From positions 1 to 44,835 of IMG/VR virus record IMGVR_UViG_3300049828_000427: 44,835 bases of DNA. One strand, 5' to 3'. The translations under genes were made by a program, and so were the position numbers. This DNA comes from a virus (lineage: Duplodnaviria > Caudoviricetes). How positions within the stretch are numbered: position 1 is the first letter of the stretch; each line of letters starts with the position of its first letter. The notes under the pieces are model-generated. The model ran no database searches and had not been told where the DNA came from. It saw only the letters and a program-made list of their open reading frames with translations. This document shows, in pieces, positions 9,369 to 18,568 of the stretch.

Positions 9369-9587
9369 ATGAAAGTATACAAAGCAGTAGTAAAGGATTT
9401 AGAAACAAAACAAATAAGCATAATAACAATATCTCAAAGAACATTAAAGAAAGCATATCAAGATATTCAAAATAATGGTTACAATGTAGTTAGAGGGCAA
9501 ATTAAAGAAGAAAGTGAATTTGATAGAATAATTAATGAAACAAATTGCACAGAATGGGATTGGCACCCAAGAAAATATAAAATATAA
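9369..9587 (+). CDS. Hypothetical early protein
   Basis: AGGAGG RBS downstream of a promoter. Confidence 0.75.
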   Translation: MKVYKAVVKDLETKQISIITISQRTLKKAYQDIQNNGYNVVRGQIKEESEFDRIINETNCTEWDWHPRKYKI

Positions 9588-9607
9588 CACTCAGAGGAGG
9601 ATGTAAG

Positions 9608-9799
9608 ATGAAAAAGATAATTATTAATAGGGAAGAATTAAAAGAAATGAAGGCAAAGCTAGAAAAAATGTTGTATGAGGCATATGATGTGATGGAAAGT
9701 GAGGTAGGTGTTGAAGTTAGTGTTAATGAAACTGAAGCACTGGACCATCTAGAAACAGCAATAAGGGAAATAAGAAGGGCGCTAATATTAACGAATTAG
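9608..9799 (+). CDS. Hypothetical protein
   Basis: GAGGAGG RBS. Confidence 0.7.
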   Translation: MKKIIINREELKEMKAKLEKMLYEAYDVMESEVGVEVSVNETEALDHLETAIREIRRALILTN

Positions 9800-9819
9800 T
9801 TCTTAGAGGAGGAATTTAG

Positions 9820-9996
9820 GTGACAAGGGAAGAGTTAGAGCAACTATATTTTGAAGTTGCTAAAGTCAGTGAAAGGCAAGTATTATTGCGTAGGATAGCA
9901 AAAACATGGAACATTAGTTTACTCAGAAGTAAAATACAAGAAGCACTCAGAGAAGGAGCAAGTACAGATGGAGAGACAAAGGAACAAATTAATTGA
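9820..9996 (+). CDS. Hypothetical protein, 58 aa (GTG start)
   Basis: GAGGAGG RBS; MTREELEQLYFEVAKV...EQIN; not in the ORF track. Confidence 0.6.
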   Translation: MTREELEQLYFEVAKVSERQVLLRRIAKTWNISLLRSKIQEALREGASTDGETKEQIN

Positions 9997-10132
9997 GGAT
10001 TACGTAAAGGTCACGACTTGGTTTAGGGTAACAAAACCAGTAACAAAACCTACTAAAATAAAAGCAATATGTGAAACGATGACGCTGAGATTGATACAGC
10101 AAATAAAATTAGCCCTTAGAGGAGGAAAATGA
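9968..10132 (+). CDS. Hypothetical protein, 54 aa
   Basis: AAGGAG RBS; MERQRNKLIEDY...LALRGGK; stop adjacent to the next ATG. Confidence 0.55.
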   Translation: MERQRNKLIEDYVKVTTWFRVTKPVTKPTKIKAICETMTLRLIQQIKLALRGGK

Positions 10133-10133
10133 A

Positions 10134-10481
10134 ATGAGAGTTTTAGTAAAGAAAGCAGGCAAGGAAGAACCAGAAATAAGGGAAATACAAAATGAGTTGC
10201 ATGAGCTAAAAAGCATAGTAGGTGGGTACATCGAGGTAGTTGAAATATCACCAAATGTAGTAATGGTATGCAATGAGGAAGGTAAACTACAAAATCTACA
10301 ACCAAATTTGATTATCTTTCCTTATGATATTATTGTAGGCGATGTATTTTTTGTAAGAACACTAGGCGAAGACTTTACAGATCTAAGTGATACAGATATA
10401 GCTTCGCTAAGGATGTTTATACGTTCAACCCTTTATTCCGAATTAAAAGCCGCCTTAATAGGAGGTAACAAACATGAATGA
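10134..10481 (+). CDS. DUF3846-like protein
   Basis: LHELKSIVGGYIEVV..CNEEGKL..L.PN..IVGDVFF. Confidence 0.8.
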   Translation: MRVLVKKAGKEEPEIREIQNELHELKSIVGGYIEVVEISPNVVMVCNEEGKLQNLQPNLIIFPYDIIVGDVFFVRTLGEDFTDLSDTDIASLRMFIRSTLYSELKAALIGGNKHE

Positions 10482-10647
10482 GGAAAGAGATTTTTTGAGT
10501 TTATTGGACGAGCTAGGTGATAGAGGGTATGTTAGGGTCTCATATTTAGATGCAATGAGGGTAATGGAATTTTTAATGCTACATGATACGACGTTTAAGT
10601 GTAAGACCATCAATAACAATTCCTTTATAATTAAGACCTTAGATTAA
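10474..10647 (+). CDS. Hypothetical protein, 57 aa
   Basis: AGGAGG RBS, overlaps the previous stop; MNEERDFLSLLDELGDRGY...KTLD. Confidence 0.6.
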   Translation: MNEERDFLSLLDELGDRGYVRVSYLDAMRVMEFLMLHDTTFKCKTINNNSFIIKTLD

Positions 10648-10662
10648 TAGAACCTTTCAGAT

Positions 10663-10684
10663 AAGGGGCCACAAGCCCCTTTTT
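10663..10684 (+). terminator. Intrinsic terminator
   Basis: AAGGGGC-CACAA-GCCCCTT followed by TTT. Confidence 0.75.
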
Positions 10685-10692
10685 GATTTATA

Positions 10693-10767
10693 CAGGAGAT
10701 AGTTTACGGGGCAAAACAGTCGTACAGTAAAACGACAAAAGCAGGGTTCAAGTCCTTGCTCTCCTTT
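10693..10767 (+). ncRNA. tRNA-like element / pseudo-tRNA with an 8-nt anticodon loop
   Basis: Acceptor AGGAGA/TCTCCT, D-stem GTTT/AAAC, anticodon stem GTCGT/ACGAC with loop ACAGTAAA, T-arm CAGGG-TTCAAGT-CCTTG. Confidence 0.6.
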
Positions 10768-10791
10768 ATCAAAACAAATGGAGAATAAAAA

Positions 10792-11100
10792 ATGGACAAT
10801 ATAAATGTTGTTGTAAAAAGGGCAGGAGATGTGCCTAGACTAGCCATCATAGAGAATGATTTGAATGTAATAGAGAAAATACTAGAAGGACCAGTTGCTG
10901 TACTAAGGCTTGGCCATGATATTTGTCTTCTATGCAGTATGCTACAACATCAATTAGTGGTAGAGAAGAACATAGTGATAGATGAAAACATCATACATGG
11001 CACTATAATATTTACAAAAGCCTTACAAGATACCTTTACTAGTTTATCTCTGGAAGACTTAAATAAAATTACTAAAATCCTTAACGAAACAAAACTTTAA
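10792..11100 (+). CDS. Degenerate DUF3846-like paralogue
   Basis: VVVKRAG..P....IENDL..I..ILEG..IIHGTIIF..FTSLS aligns with the 10134 ORF but lacks NEEGKL. Confidence 0.65.
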   Translation: MDNINVVVKRAGDVPRLAIIENDLNVIEKILEGPVAVLRLGHDICLLCSMLQHQLVVEKNIVIDENIIHGTIIFTKALQDTFTSLSLEDLNKITKILNETKL

Positions 11101-11178
11101 AATAAGTCCAAACATGAAGACTTTAAAAGCTTTGTACTAAGGCACTCATGCCGTTAAAATGTGATTGGAGGAATACAA

Positions 11179-11796
11179 ATGGCAAATTTCGAAGAAATAT
11201 TATCAGCTAATGAGAAAGCTTTTGAGGGAGCTGGTGATGTAAAAGGAAGTTTTTCAACACTAAGTACCAAATTAAACGAGCTCGGATATGATGTGTTGAT
11301 TAACCACAAAGAAAAGGCAGAATTCATTCCAGCCAATAGGTTGAATGAAGTAGTATCACAGAGGGATACATTTAAAACACAAGTACAAGACTTAAATAAG
11401 CAATTGCAGGCAATGCAAAAAGGTGCCGAAGGTAATGCAGCTTTACAAACAGAACTACAAAAGCTAATGGACCAGAATAACGACTTGTTAAAGAATTTAG
11501 AATCTACCAAAGTAAACACTGAAATAATGCTCGCTGCCAAAGATGCGATTAATGCAAAAGATTTGCTAGCATTTATTAACTTTGACAATATCAAGGTTAA
11601 TGCCAAGGGAGAAGTATTAGGTGTGGATAGTGAAATTGCCAGACTTAAGACCGAGAAGCCGTATTTGTTTGGCACCACTGATAATAAAGGCGGTAAAGGA
11701 AATAGAGGCGGAATGGATAATAAGGGTGGCAAGGACGACAACTCTACGGTAGGTATGAATGCAATGATAAGGCGTGCAGCTGGTAAAGTACTTTAA
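11179..11796 (+). CDS. Capsid scaffolding protein
   Basis: FIP..RLNEV coiled coil, LK.EKPYLF, flexible tail; precedes the MCP; ATG 11179 after GGAGG. Confidence 0.85.
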   Translation: MANFEEILSANEKAFEGAGDVKGSFSTLSTKLNELGYDVLINHKEKAEFIPANRLNEVVSQRDTFKTQVQDLNKQLQAMQKGAEGNAALQTELQKLMDQNNDLLKNLESTKVNTEIMLAAKDAINAKDLLAFINFDNIKVNAKGEVLGVDSEIARLKTEKPYLFGTTDNKGGKGNRGGMDNKGGKDDNSTVGMNAMIRRAAGKVL

Positions 11797-11828
11797 GAAC
11801 CAATTATATTCCATAAGGAGGAAGAACG

Positions 11829-12773
11829 ATGCCTACATATAACAGCAATATCGATAGAAGTAATGTTGGTGCATTAATCCCAGAAGACGTTTCAAGGGAA
11901 ATAATTCAGGGAGTGCCTGAGTATTCAGCAATCATGAGCTTAGCTACAAAAGCTCCTAACATGAGCAGAGCACAAAGAAGGTTACCTGTTTTGAGCACAT
12001 TGCCTACAGCATACTTTGTTGATGGTGATACAGGCCTCAAACAAACTACAGAACAAGCATGGGACAACAAGTACCTCAATGCAGAAGAATTGGCCGTAAT
12101 CGTACCAATTCCTGAAGCAGTACTTGATGACCAAGACTATGACATCTGGGGTGAAATTAAACCTAGAATCATGGAAGCTATGGGAATAGCATTTGACGCC
12201 GCAGTAATGTTCGGTACAAACGCTCCAGCTTCATGGCCTACAAACCTTTTGACAGCTGCAACTGCTGCTGGCAATGTAGTAGCTCTTGGAACAGGCGTTG
12301 ACTTGTACGATGACCTTCTCGGTGAAAATGGAGTAATCAGCACACTAGAATCTGATGGTTATATGGCTACTGGCCACGTTGCTGCAATGGCAATGAGAGG
12401 TAAGTACAGAGGCCTCAGGGATGCAGATGGACAGCCATTGTTCAAAACTGCAATGCAAGACAATACTCGCTATGAGTTAGATGGTTCACCCATTTACTTC
12501 CCAAGAAATGGAGCTATGAACCCATCCTCAGCTCTCCAGTTCTCTGGTGACTTCAAACAACTCATCTATGCTATGCGTCAGGATATTACTTACAAAATCC
12601 TTGACCAAGCAGTAATTCAGGATGGGGCAGGAGCTATTGTTTACAACCTCGCACAACAGGACATGGTTGCGTTAAGAGCAGTTATGAGACTTGCTTGGCA
12701 GGTACCAAATCCAATAAACAGATTGAACACAAACAACACAACAAGATACCCAGTAGCGGTATTAACACCGTAA
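11829..12773 (+). CDS. Major capsid protein (HK97 fold)
   Basis: LIPEDVSREII, ELAVIVPIPEAVLDD, GDF..NLAQQDMVALRAVMR. Confidence 0.95.
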   Translation: MPTYNSNIDRSNVGALIPEDVSREIIQGVPEYSAIMSLATKAPNMSRAQRRLPVLSTLPTAYFVDGDTGLKQTTEQAWDNKYLNAEELAVIVPIPEAVLDDQDYDIWGEIKPRIMEAMGIAFDAAVMFGTNAPASWPTNLLTAATAAGNVVALGTGVDLYDDLLGENGVISTLESDGYMATGHVAAMAMRGKYRGLRDADGQPLFKTAMQDNTRYELDGSPIYFPRNGAMNPSSALQFSGDFKQLIYAMRQDITYKILDQAVIQDGAGAIVYNLAQQDMVALRAVMRLAWQVPNPINRLNTNNTTRYPVAVLTP

Positions 12774-12812
12774 TATAGTTTTAAAAATAATATTTCGAGG
12801 AGGAATGCAATC

Positions 12813-13427
12813 ATGAGCGGATTTTATCCATATAACCCAGGTCTGGGTCAGGTAATGCAGTCAGATGTAGAAGGTTTAGAGCTTGACAGAGGGTTTATTG
12901 CCCACTTCCAAGTGCCAGCAGCTAGTGCAGATGCACCAAACACTACTGGTATCCATGCAGCTATTACTGACAATGGAACCCAGCAGACAATAACTACAGC
13001 CATAACAAATCCGGATGTTCCTAGAAATGTTACGGCAACTGCTGGCGGTACAGCAGGCGACATCAAACCAATTCAGGTAGTAATCCATGGTACAAACTAC
13101 GCAGGTGAAGTTATTAGTGAAACGCTTCCTGCTTTCACTGAAAATACAGGTGGTTCAGTTACTGGGTCTAAGGCCTTCAAAACAATCACAAGTATTGTAG
13201 TTCCTGCACATGATGGTAATGGTGCTACAACTGCAATTGGCTGGGGAGACAAATATGGCCTTCCTTACAAAAGGGCCCATATCCCATGTATAGCTGCTTA
13301 CCTCAACAATGTGCTGGAAGGCACAGCTGCTACAATTACAGCCAGCGCAACTGCTTTGGAAAGCAACACAATCGATCTAAACAGTGCCTCCAATGGCAAT
13401 GTAATCGATGCATACCTTGTAGTATAA
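12813..13427 (+). CDS. Capsid decoration/minor head protein
   Basis: Thr/Ala/Gly-rich beta protein directly after the MCP and before a terminator. Confidence 0.6.
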   Translation: MSGFYPYNPGLGQVMQSDVEGLELDRGFIAHFQVPAASADAPNTTGIHAAITDNGTQQTITTAITNPDVPRNVTATAGGTAGDIKPIQVVIHGTNYAGEVISETLPAFTENTGGSVTGSKAFKTITSIVVPAHDGNGATTAIGWGDKYGLPYKRAHIPCIAAYLNNVLEGTAATITASATALESNTIDLNSASNGNVIDAYLVV

Positions 13428-13437
13428 AATAACATAG

Positions 13438-13459
13438 AGGGGAGGGCAACCTCCCTTTT
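13438..13459 (+). terminator. Intrinsic terminator after capsid genes
   Basis: GGGAGG-GCAA-CCTCCC-TTTT. Confidence 0.8.
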
Positions 13460-13480
13460 AACTTATTCGGAGGTGTAAAA

Positions 13481-13855
13481 ATGTTACTTCAATTATTAAA
13501 GGATACAAACTATAAAGGCTTCAAAAAGGCAGGAGAAATCCTAGATGTATCAAATGATATAGCAAGGCGTTGGTTTAAAAATGGAATAGCCTCCCCCTAT
13601 GCAAAAGAAGTAGAGGTTAAAGAAGAAGAAATATATACAGAAATAGAGCAAATAGAGGATGTAGTTCCTGTAAATACAGAGAACGAAAATGAAGAAGTAG
13701 AGGAAACAGAGGTTAAAGAGGAAGAGCAAGCAGAAGAAAAGCCAATGGAAGAAATGAACGCAAAAGAGTTGTATAAGTTATGTTGTGAAAAAGGCTTGGA
13801 AGTAGAACCAAAAAAGAGTAAGGAATACTACTTGGAAATGCTAACTGCTCCTTGA
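13481..13855 (+). CDS. Small head-region protein with acidic linker and C-terminal HeH/Rho-N-like module
   Basis: N-terminal KAGEILDV..A.RW..GIA; C-terminal EEMNAKELYKLC..GL..KK.K..YLE. Confidence 0.75.
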   Translation: MLLQLLKDTNYKGFKKAGEILDVSNDIARRWFKNGIASPYAKEVEVKEEEIYTEIEQIEDVVPVNTENENEEVEETEVKEEEQAEEKPMEEMNAKELYKLCCEKGLEVEPKKSKEYYLEMLTAP

Positions 13856-13869
13856 AAGGAGGTTAGGTA

Positions 13870-14289
13870 ATGGCAATATACACACAATACGCAACCCTCA
13901 CTGACTTAGCCGATTATCTATGTGTTACAGAACAATGCTTGCCATTGGATAGTCAAAGGTTACTCAGTAGGGCTAGTGAATTAATCAAACAGGTAACGCT
14001 CAACAATATAGTAGAAACCAATGAAAAGCACATGGAGGCTGCCAAACTAGCTACATGTGCACAAGTGGAATACTGGCAAAGCATGGGTGAGACCTCGGCA
14101 ATGTCAGGGAATGTTAAAAGCTTCTCTATTGGAAACTTCTCGGCTGAGTATGATACAGGAGGTTCAACTACTTCTGGTAATCCTAGCCAAGTGGCAATAA
14201 GGGCAAAAAACTACTTAAACCAACAAGGACTACTCTACAGAGGGGTGAGGATGAATGCTTCAACCGACGTTCTTACTAATTCAGACTAG
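13870..14289 (+). CDS. Head-tail adaptor
   Basis: YAT..DL..LL.RASELI..ATCAQVEY..SFSIG..S..YL...GLLYRGV. Confidence 0.85.
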   Translation: MAIYTQYATLTDLADYLCVTEQCLPLDSQRLLSRASELIKQVTLNNIVETNEKHMEAAKLATCAQVEYWQSMGETSAMSGNVKSFSIGNFSAEYDTGGSTTSGNPSQVAIRAKNYLNQQGLLYRGVRMNASTDVLTNSD

Positions 14290-14566
14290 TTTGATATATC
14301 CGTATGAAGGACAATCTCCAACTGGCCCAATTTATGGTTCTCCATATACAAGTATGTGTAGGTTTGAGAACTATAAAAAGAAAAGAGTAGATGCTCAAGG
14401 TAAAGAGTTCTACAGTTCGGGTAGGTTATTCTTACCTGCTACAGATGATAACCTCCAATTGGAGCTAGACACAAAAGTGAAAATAGAATCAAAAACATAC
14501 ATCATAAAAGAAAAAGAAATCATGAGAGGGTTTAGTGTTAGCCATATAGAATGTGTGGTGGTCTAG
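14255..14566 (+). CDS. Head closure protein
   Basis: Size, synteny, YEGQ...GPIYG motif. Confidence 0.75.
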   Translation: MLQPTFLLIQTSLIYPYEGQSPTGPIYGSPYTSMCRFENYKKKRVDAQGKEFYSSGRLFLPATDDNLQLELDTKVKIESKTYIIKEKEIMRGFSVSHIECVVV

Positions 14567-14923
14567 ATGCAAGTGAAAATAGACTGGAATGGCGGCAAAA
14601 TAACAAAAGCTATGCAAGAGGCAGCAATAAGGGCAGCATCTGACGCTGCAGAGTTCATCCTTCAGGAAAGTAATAAAATAGTTCCCCATGATGAAGGTAC
14701 CCTAGAAAGAAGTGGTAATACAGACATGGGAATTCAAGAAGGTAAGCCTTCGGCAACTGTTTATTATGATACTCCCTATGCGGCAAGACTGCATGAGCAT
14801 CCAGAATATAACTTCCAAAATGGAAGGGAAGGCAAGTATTTAGAGAAAACGCTAAACAAGAACATGATAGAGATAGGAACTTACATGGCAAATAAGATAA
14901 AGGATTTGCTAAGAGGAGGTTAA
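14567..14923 (+). CDS. HK97 gp10-like neck/tail completion protein
   Basis: VP.DEGTLERSG..YDTPYAARLHE..GKYLE. Confidence 0.85.
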   Translation: MQVKIDWNGGKITKAMQEAAIRAASDAAEFILQESNKIVPHDEGTLERSGNTDMGIQEGKPSATVYYDTPYAARLHEHPEYNFQNGREGKYLEKTLNKNMIEIGTYMANKIKDLLRGG

Positions 14924-14924
14924 T

Positions 14925-15326
14925 ATGCTTTTAGCAGAACAAATTGCGACTTACCTCGATACTTGTGACTTAGGAACCTATTCACCGAGTGGCTCTTCCG
15001 GTAACATCTACATTGATATGCTACCTGAAGGTGAAAATAAGATAGCAATATACAATAAAGGCGGCCCAAGTCATGATTCTAAATTAGGATACAAGCATCC
15101 TAGCATACAAATCATATACAAAGGAAATAGAAATCCAATAGAGGCAGCAGGCATTGCTGATTCAATATTTGATGCCCTTCATGGTTTTCATTCAGATTAC
15201 TTTGTAAATGGCCAAAATTATATTGTAAGTTGCTTATCATCACAATCACAGCCCGAAATGATAGGGGCCAATGAACAAGGTTACTTTGAATATAGCATGA
15301 CATTCATCGTAGAGTACAAAATTTAA
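14925..15326 (+). CDS. Tail terminator protein
   Basis: Synteny; IA.YL..IYID.LP..P.IQI..IF..LHG. Confidence 0.8.
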   Translation: MLLAEQIATYLDTCDLGTYSPSGSSGNIYIDMLPEGENKIAIYNKGGPSHDSKLGYKHPSIQIIYKGNRNPIEAAGIADSIFDALHGFHSDYFVNGQNYIVSCLSSQSQPEMIGANEQGYFEYSMTFIVEYKI

Positions 15327-15338
15327 GGAGGCGATAAC

Positions 15339-16031
15339 ATGGCGGTAACTAAAGTGTTAGCAAGAGGATGGACCTTAGAAATACAGAATCCAGATACACT
15401 AGCATGGGTTGTTGTTAATGGACTTAAAAGCTTTGGTTTTGATAGTGAAGACAATAAGGCGGACACAACAACTTTTGACGACGATGGCTGGAACTCACAT
15501 CTAGTTGCATCAAGAGGTAGAAAGATTGGATGTGAAGGTTACTACCTAGAGGACCAAGTAACCAAAGCAAGAGACGCAGGCCAAGTATTGGTTGAAGACT
15601 ACAATGAAGTAATTGGACCTGATAGCTTAGGTTACTTCAGATTAACTTCACCTGCTGGTACAGTAAGATACTTCCACGCAAGTGTAAGCTTAGGCGGAGT
15701 AGGTGGCGGAAATGATGACCCTACAGGCTGGAATGCTACATTAACTACTTCCGGAGCTGCAAGCCTAGGCACAGTTACGGATTCAGCTATAGTAATCCCA
15801 GCTACTCTAAGTGTTGATGTTGGGGACGTATCATCTCCTCTCACAGTAGAGTTCACTCCAGCTAATACAACTGATAGAGCAATTGCTTGGACCACAAGTG
15901 ATGCAACTAAAGCTATTGTAACTCCAGAAGGCAGGGTAGTAGGTGTTGCTGCTGGAACCGCTACTATAACAGCAACTTCGGCAAGTAACAAGTCAGACAC
16001 TTGCACGGTAACCGTGTCAACCCCAGCATAA
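15339..16031 (+). CDS. Major tail (tube) protein with C-terminal Ig-like (Big_2) domain
   Basis: ADTTTFDDDGW..DAGQ; C-terminal P.N.TDR.I.W.TSD..A.V...G.V.GVAAGTATITAT. Confidence 0.9.
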   Translation: MAVTKVLARGWTLEIQNPDTLAWVVVNGLKSFGFDSEDNKADTTTFDDDGWNSHLVASRGRKIGCEGYYLEDQVTKARDAGQVLVEDYNEVIGPDSLGYFRLTSPAGTVRYFHASVSLGGVGGGNDDPTGWNATLTTSGAASLGTVTDSAIVIPATLSVDVGDVSSPLTVEFTPANTTDRAIAWTTSDATKAIVTPEGRVVGVAAGTATITATSASNKSDTCTVTVSTPA

Positions 16032-16054
16032 AACAATACAAACAATAATCACTA

Positions 16055-16075
16055 AAAGGGCGAAAGCCCTTTCTT
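16055..16075 (+). terminator. Hairpin/terminator after the major tail gene
   Basis: AAAGGGC-GAAA-GCCCTTT CTT. Confidence 0.65.
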
Positions 16076-16100
16076 AGTAGGTTTAAAAACGGAGGATATT

Positions 16101-16442
16101 ATGTCAAACAAATTCAGAGACTTTGATGAATTCTTTAAGGAAATGGACCAAAATGAAGAATGTCTAGAAATAAAGCTATTTGATAAAGTATACAAAATAA
16201 AGAAGGACTTACCAGCTTCGGCCTTCCTTGAAATACACAGGGCAGCCAAAAACGGAGATGCTGAGTTTAGTGATGAAAAGCAAATAGAAATGGCAATGTT
16301 AATGCTAGGAGAAGAAAATGTCACTGAATGGTGTGAAAAAGGATTAACTCTAGTTAAGCTAGGTGAAATAATGAAATGGGTTGCAGAGGCTTTAAAAAGT
16401 GATGCTCCTTCAACAGGAGGAAGTACAACTGAAAAAAAGTAG
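16101..16442 (+). CDS. Tail assembly chaperone (gpG-like)
   Basis: Position between the tail tube and tape measure genes; ends at a slippery site. Confidence 0.85.
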   Translation: MSNKFRDFDEFFKEMDQNEECLEIKLFDKVYKIKKDLPASAFLEIHRAAKNGDAEFSDEKQIEMAMLMLGEENVTEWCEKGLTLVKLGEIMKWVAEALKSDAPSTGGSTTEKK

Positions 16443-16657
16443 ATATTGTTGAAAATTGGTTACTTATAGAGGCCGACTTTCAACGGGAATACAAAATAGA
16501 CTTAGTACATGAATTACCTACGATGAGTTGGCGAAGGTTCACTGTTCTCTTAGGGGGCCTTTCATCCAACTCTTTGTTTGTAAATAAGTTAAGTAACAAA
16601 GAAGAAGTAATAGAAGATCCGGTGTTGGCAGAAAGAGTGGTTAATAAATTCTGGTAA
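16433..16657 (+). CDS. -1 frameshift extension of the chaperone (gpGT, A118 Gp15-like)
   Basis: Slippery A AAA AAG at 16433-16439; -1 frame VDIVENWLLIEADFQREYKIDL..MSWRRFTVLLGGL to TAA 16655-16657; no start codon of its own at the 5' end. Confidence 0.85.
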   Translation, partial: KKVDIVENWLLIEADFQREYKIDLVHELPTMSWRRFTVLLGGLSSNSLFVNKLSNKEEVIEDPVLAERVVNKFW

Positions 16658-16674
16658 ATGATAGGGGTGAAAAT

Positions 16675-18567
16675 ATGGCATTAAAAGTAGGTGAGTTGTT
16701 TGCTTTAATAACAGCGGATGATGGACCTTTTCGCAAAACAATGAATGGTGTAGAGAATCAAATGAAGGCTATGGGGCAAAGAATGGTTAGTATAGGCAAA
16801 ACAATGTCACTGGCCGTAACAACCCCTATTATTGGAGCTCTAGGCTTTGCAATTAAATCAGCATCAGATACAGTTGAAAGCATGAACAAAGTAGAGGTTG
16901 CCTTCAAAGACAGTGCAAACACTATCAAAGAGTGGTCAAAAACTTCTATGAGGTCCTTTGGTATAGCTAAAGGAACAGCTTTGGACATGGCAGCCCTTTA
17001 TGGTGATATGGCAACTAGTATGGGGATTGGTACATCAAAATCAGCTGATATGGCCAAAACATTGGTTGGTCTAGCTGGTGACTTATCCTCATTCAAAAAC
17101 ATAAGTGTTGATGTGGCTAATACAGCCCTTAAAGCGATATTCACAGGGGAAACTGAATCACTCAAGATGCTTGGTGTAGTAATGACCGAAGCTAACCTCA
17201 AAGCCTTTGCCTTGTCAAAAGGTATTACAAAGAATATACAAGACATGACCGAGGCCGAGAAGGTAAACCTCAGATACGCTTTTGTTCTAACAAAAACAAA
17301 AAATGCACAGGGCGACTTTGCTAGGACAAGTACAGGCGCAGCCAACCAAATGAGGATATTTAAAGAAAGCTTAAAAGAACTAGGTGACTCATTTGGTCAG
17401 GTCTTACTTCCATCTTTTATAAAGGCAGTGACCGCTCTCAATGAGTTAATGAAATGGTTTGGAGGATTAAACGATACCACCAAAAAGGTTATCCTCGGGG
17501 TAGTTGGATTTATAGCAATAGTTGGACCATTAATTGTTATATTAGGTGTGCTAGTTTCAAGCATAACTACTTTAATACCAGTAATTGCCGCAATAGGAAC
17601 CGCTTTGGCCGTTATCAGTGCCCCAGTTTGGGCTACAATTGCGGTAATAGCAGCTTTGGCTGCAGGTATCACATACCTCTGGAAAACAAATGAAAACTTT
17701 AGAAGGGCTGTTATTATAATATGGAATGCCATTGCCGCATCTATCAGGTGGTCAATTAATGGTATCATCAGCCTTATAAATCTATTGATAAGGTCATTTA
17801 ATTCATTAACAACCTTGAAGGTCCCACAGATAGGAAAGCTAAGCAACGAGTGGGGTCAGGTAACTTCATTGTATGGAGGAAAACCTGATATACCAACAGT
17901 AAAAGCTCCCGGTTTATTGTCAGGTATAGCAAAGCCAAAAGAAACAAAAGGAATGCTAACAGGATTAAAAAGCCTGATGAAAGAACAAACTGACCCCATA
18001 CAAGACGCTCTTGATACTATCGGAGACGGGGCAGCAGATAATGCCGACAAAGCAAAAAGCAAGTTGGATGAATTCAAGGATGCAATGAAGGATTTAGCAA
18101 GTTCAATATCATCAGAAGCAAGTAGTGTAATGGGTGCATTGGGTGGTATGTTTGATAAAATTCAACAGTTTGCCAAAGTATCACCTGCACAGCTACTAGC
18201 AAGGCAGCAAGCCAAGACTTTGGCCATGCAAGAATGGATGAAAACAATACAAGATATGAAGACTAGGCTAGGGGCGGACAGTCCGCTATTTAATGCCCTC
18301 TTAAAAGAAGGACCAAGTAAACTAGGTGAGCTAAGGGCAATGGCTGCTATGTCAGGCGCAGAACTAGGGGCTTTTAATAACCTGTATACAGGGCAAGCAG
18401 GCATGGCCTTAAACACAGGGGCTATGGTAACTGGAAACAACTTTAGAAGGGATGCCAGAGAGGCTTCTATCAACATTACAGTTACAGGAAACCAAATAAG
18501 CTCCGACAATGTAAACGAAATATGTAGGCAAATGGCACAGAGCATGAAGATGGCGGGGGTGTATTAA
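16675..18567 (+). CDS. Tape measure protein (short, 630 aa)
   Basis: MALKVGEL start, Ala-rich helical sequence, LAGDLSSF.N..TGETESLK.LG, hydrophobic central segment. Confidence 0.92.
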   Translation: MALKVGELFALITADDGPFRKTMNGVENQMKAMGQRMVSIGKTMSLAVTTPIIGALGFAIKSASDTVESMNKVEVAFKDSANTIKEWSKTSMRSFGIAKGTALDMAALYGDMATSMGIGTSKSADMAKTLVGLAGDLSSFKNISVDVANTALKAIFTGETESLKMLGVVMTEANLKAFALSKGITKNIQDMTEAEKVNLRYAFVLTKTKNAQGDFARTSTGAANQMRIFKESLKELGDSFGQVLLPSFIKAVTALNELMKWFGGLNDTTKKVILGVVGFIAIVGPLIVILGVLVSSITTLIPVIAAIGTALAVISAPVWATIAVIAALAAGITYLWKTNENFRRAVIIIWNAIAASIRWSINGIISLINLLIRSFNSLTTLKVPQIGKLSNEWGQVTSLYGGKPDIPTVKAPGLLSGIAKPKETKGMLTGLKSLMKEQTDPIQDALDTIGDGAADNADKAKSKLDEFKDAMKDLASSISSEASSVMGALGGMFDKIQQFAKVSPAQLLARQQAKTLAMQEWMKTIQDMKTRLGADSPLFNALLKEGPSKLGELRAMAAMSGAELGAFNNLYTGQAGMALNTGAMVTGNNFRRDAREASINITVTGNQISSDNVNEICRQMAQSMKMAGVY

Positions 18568-18568
18568 T

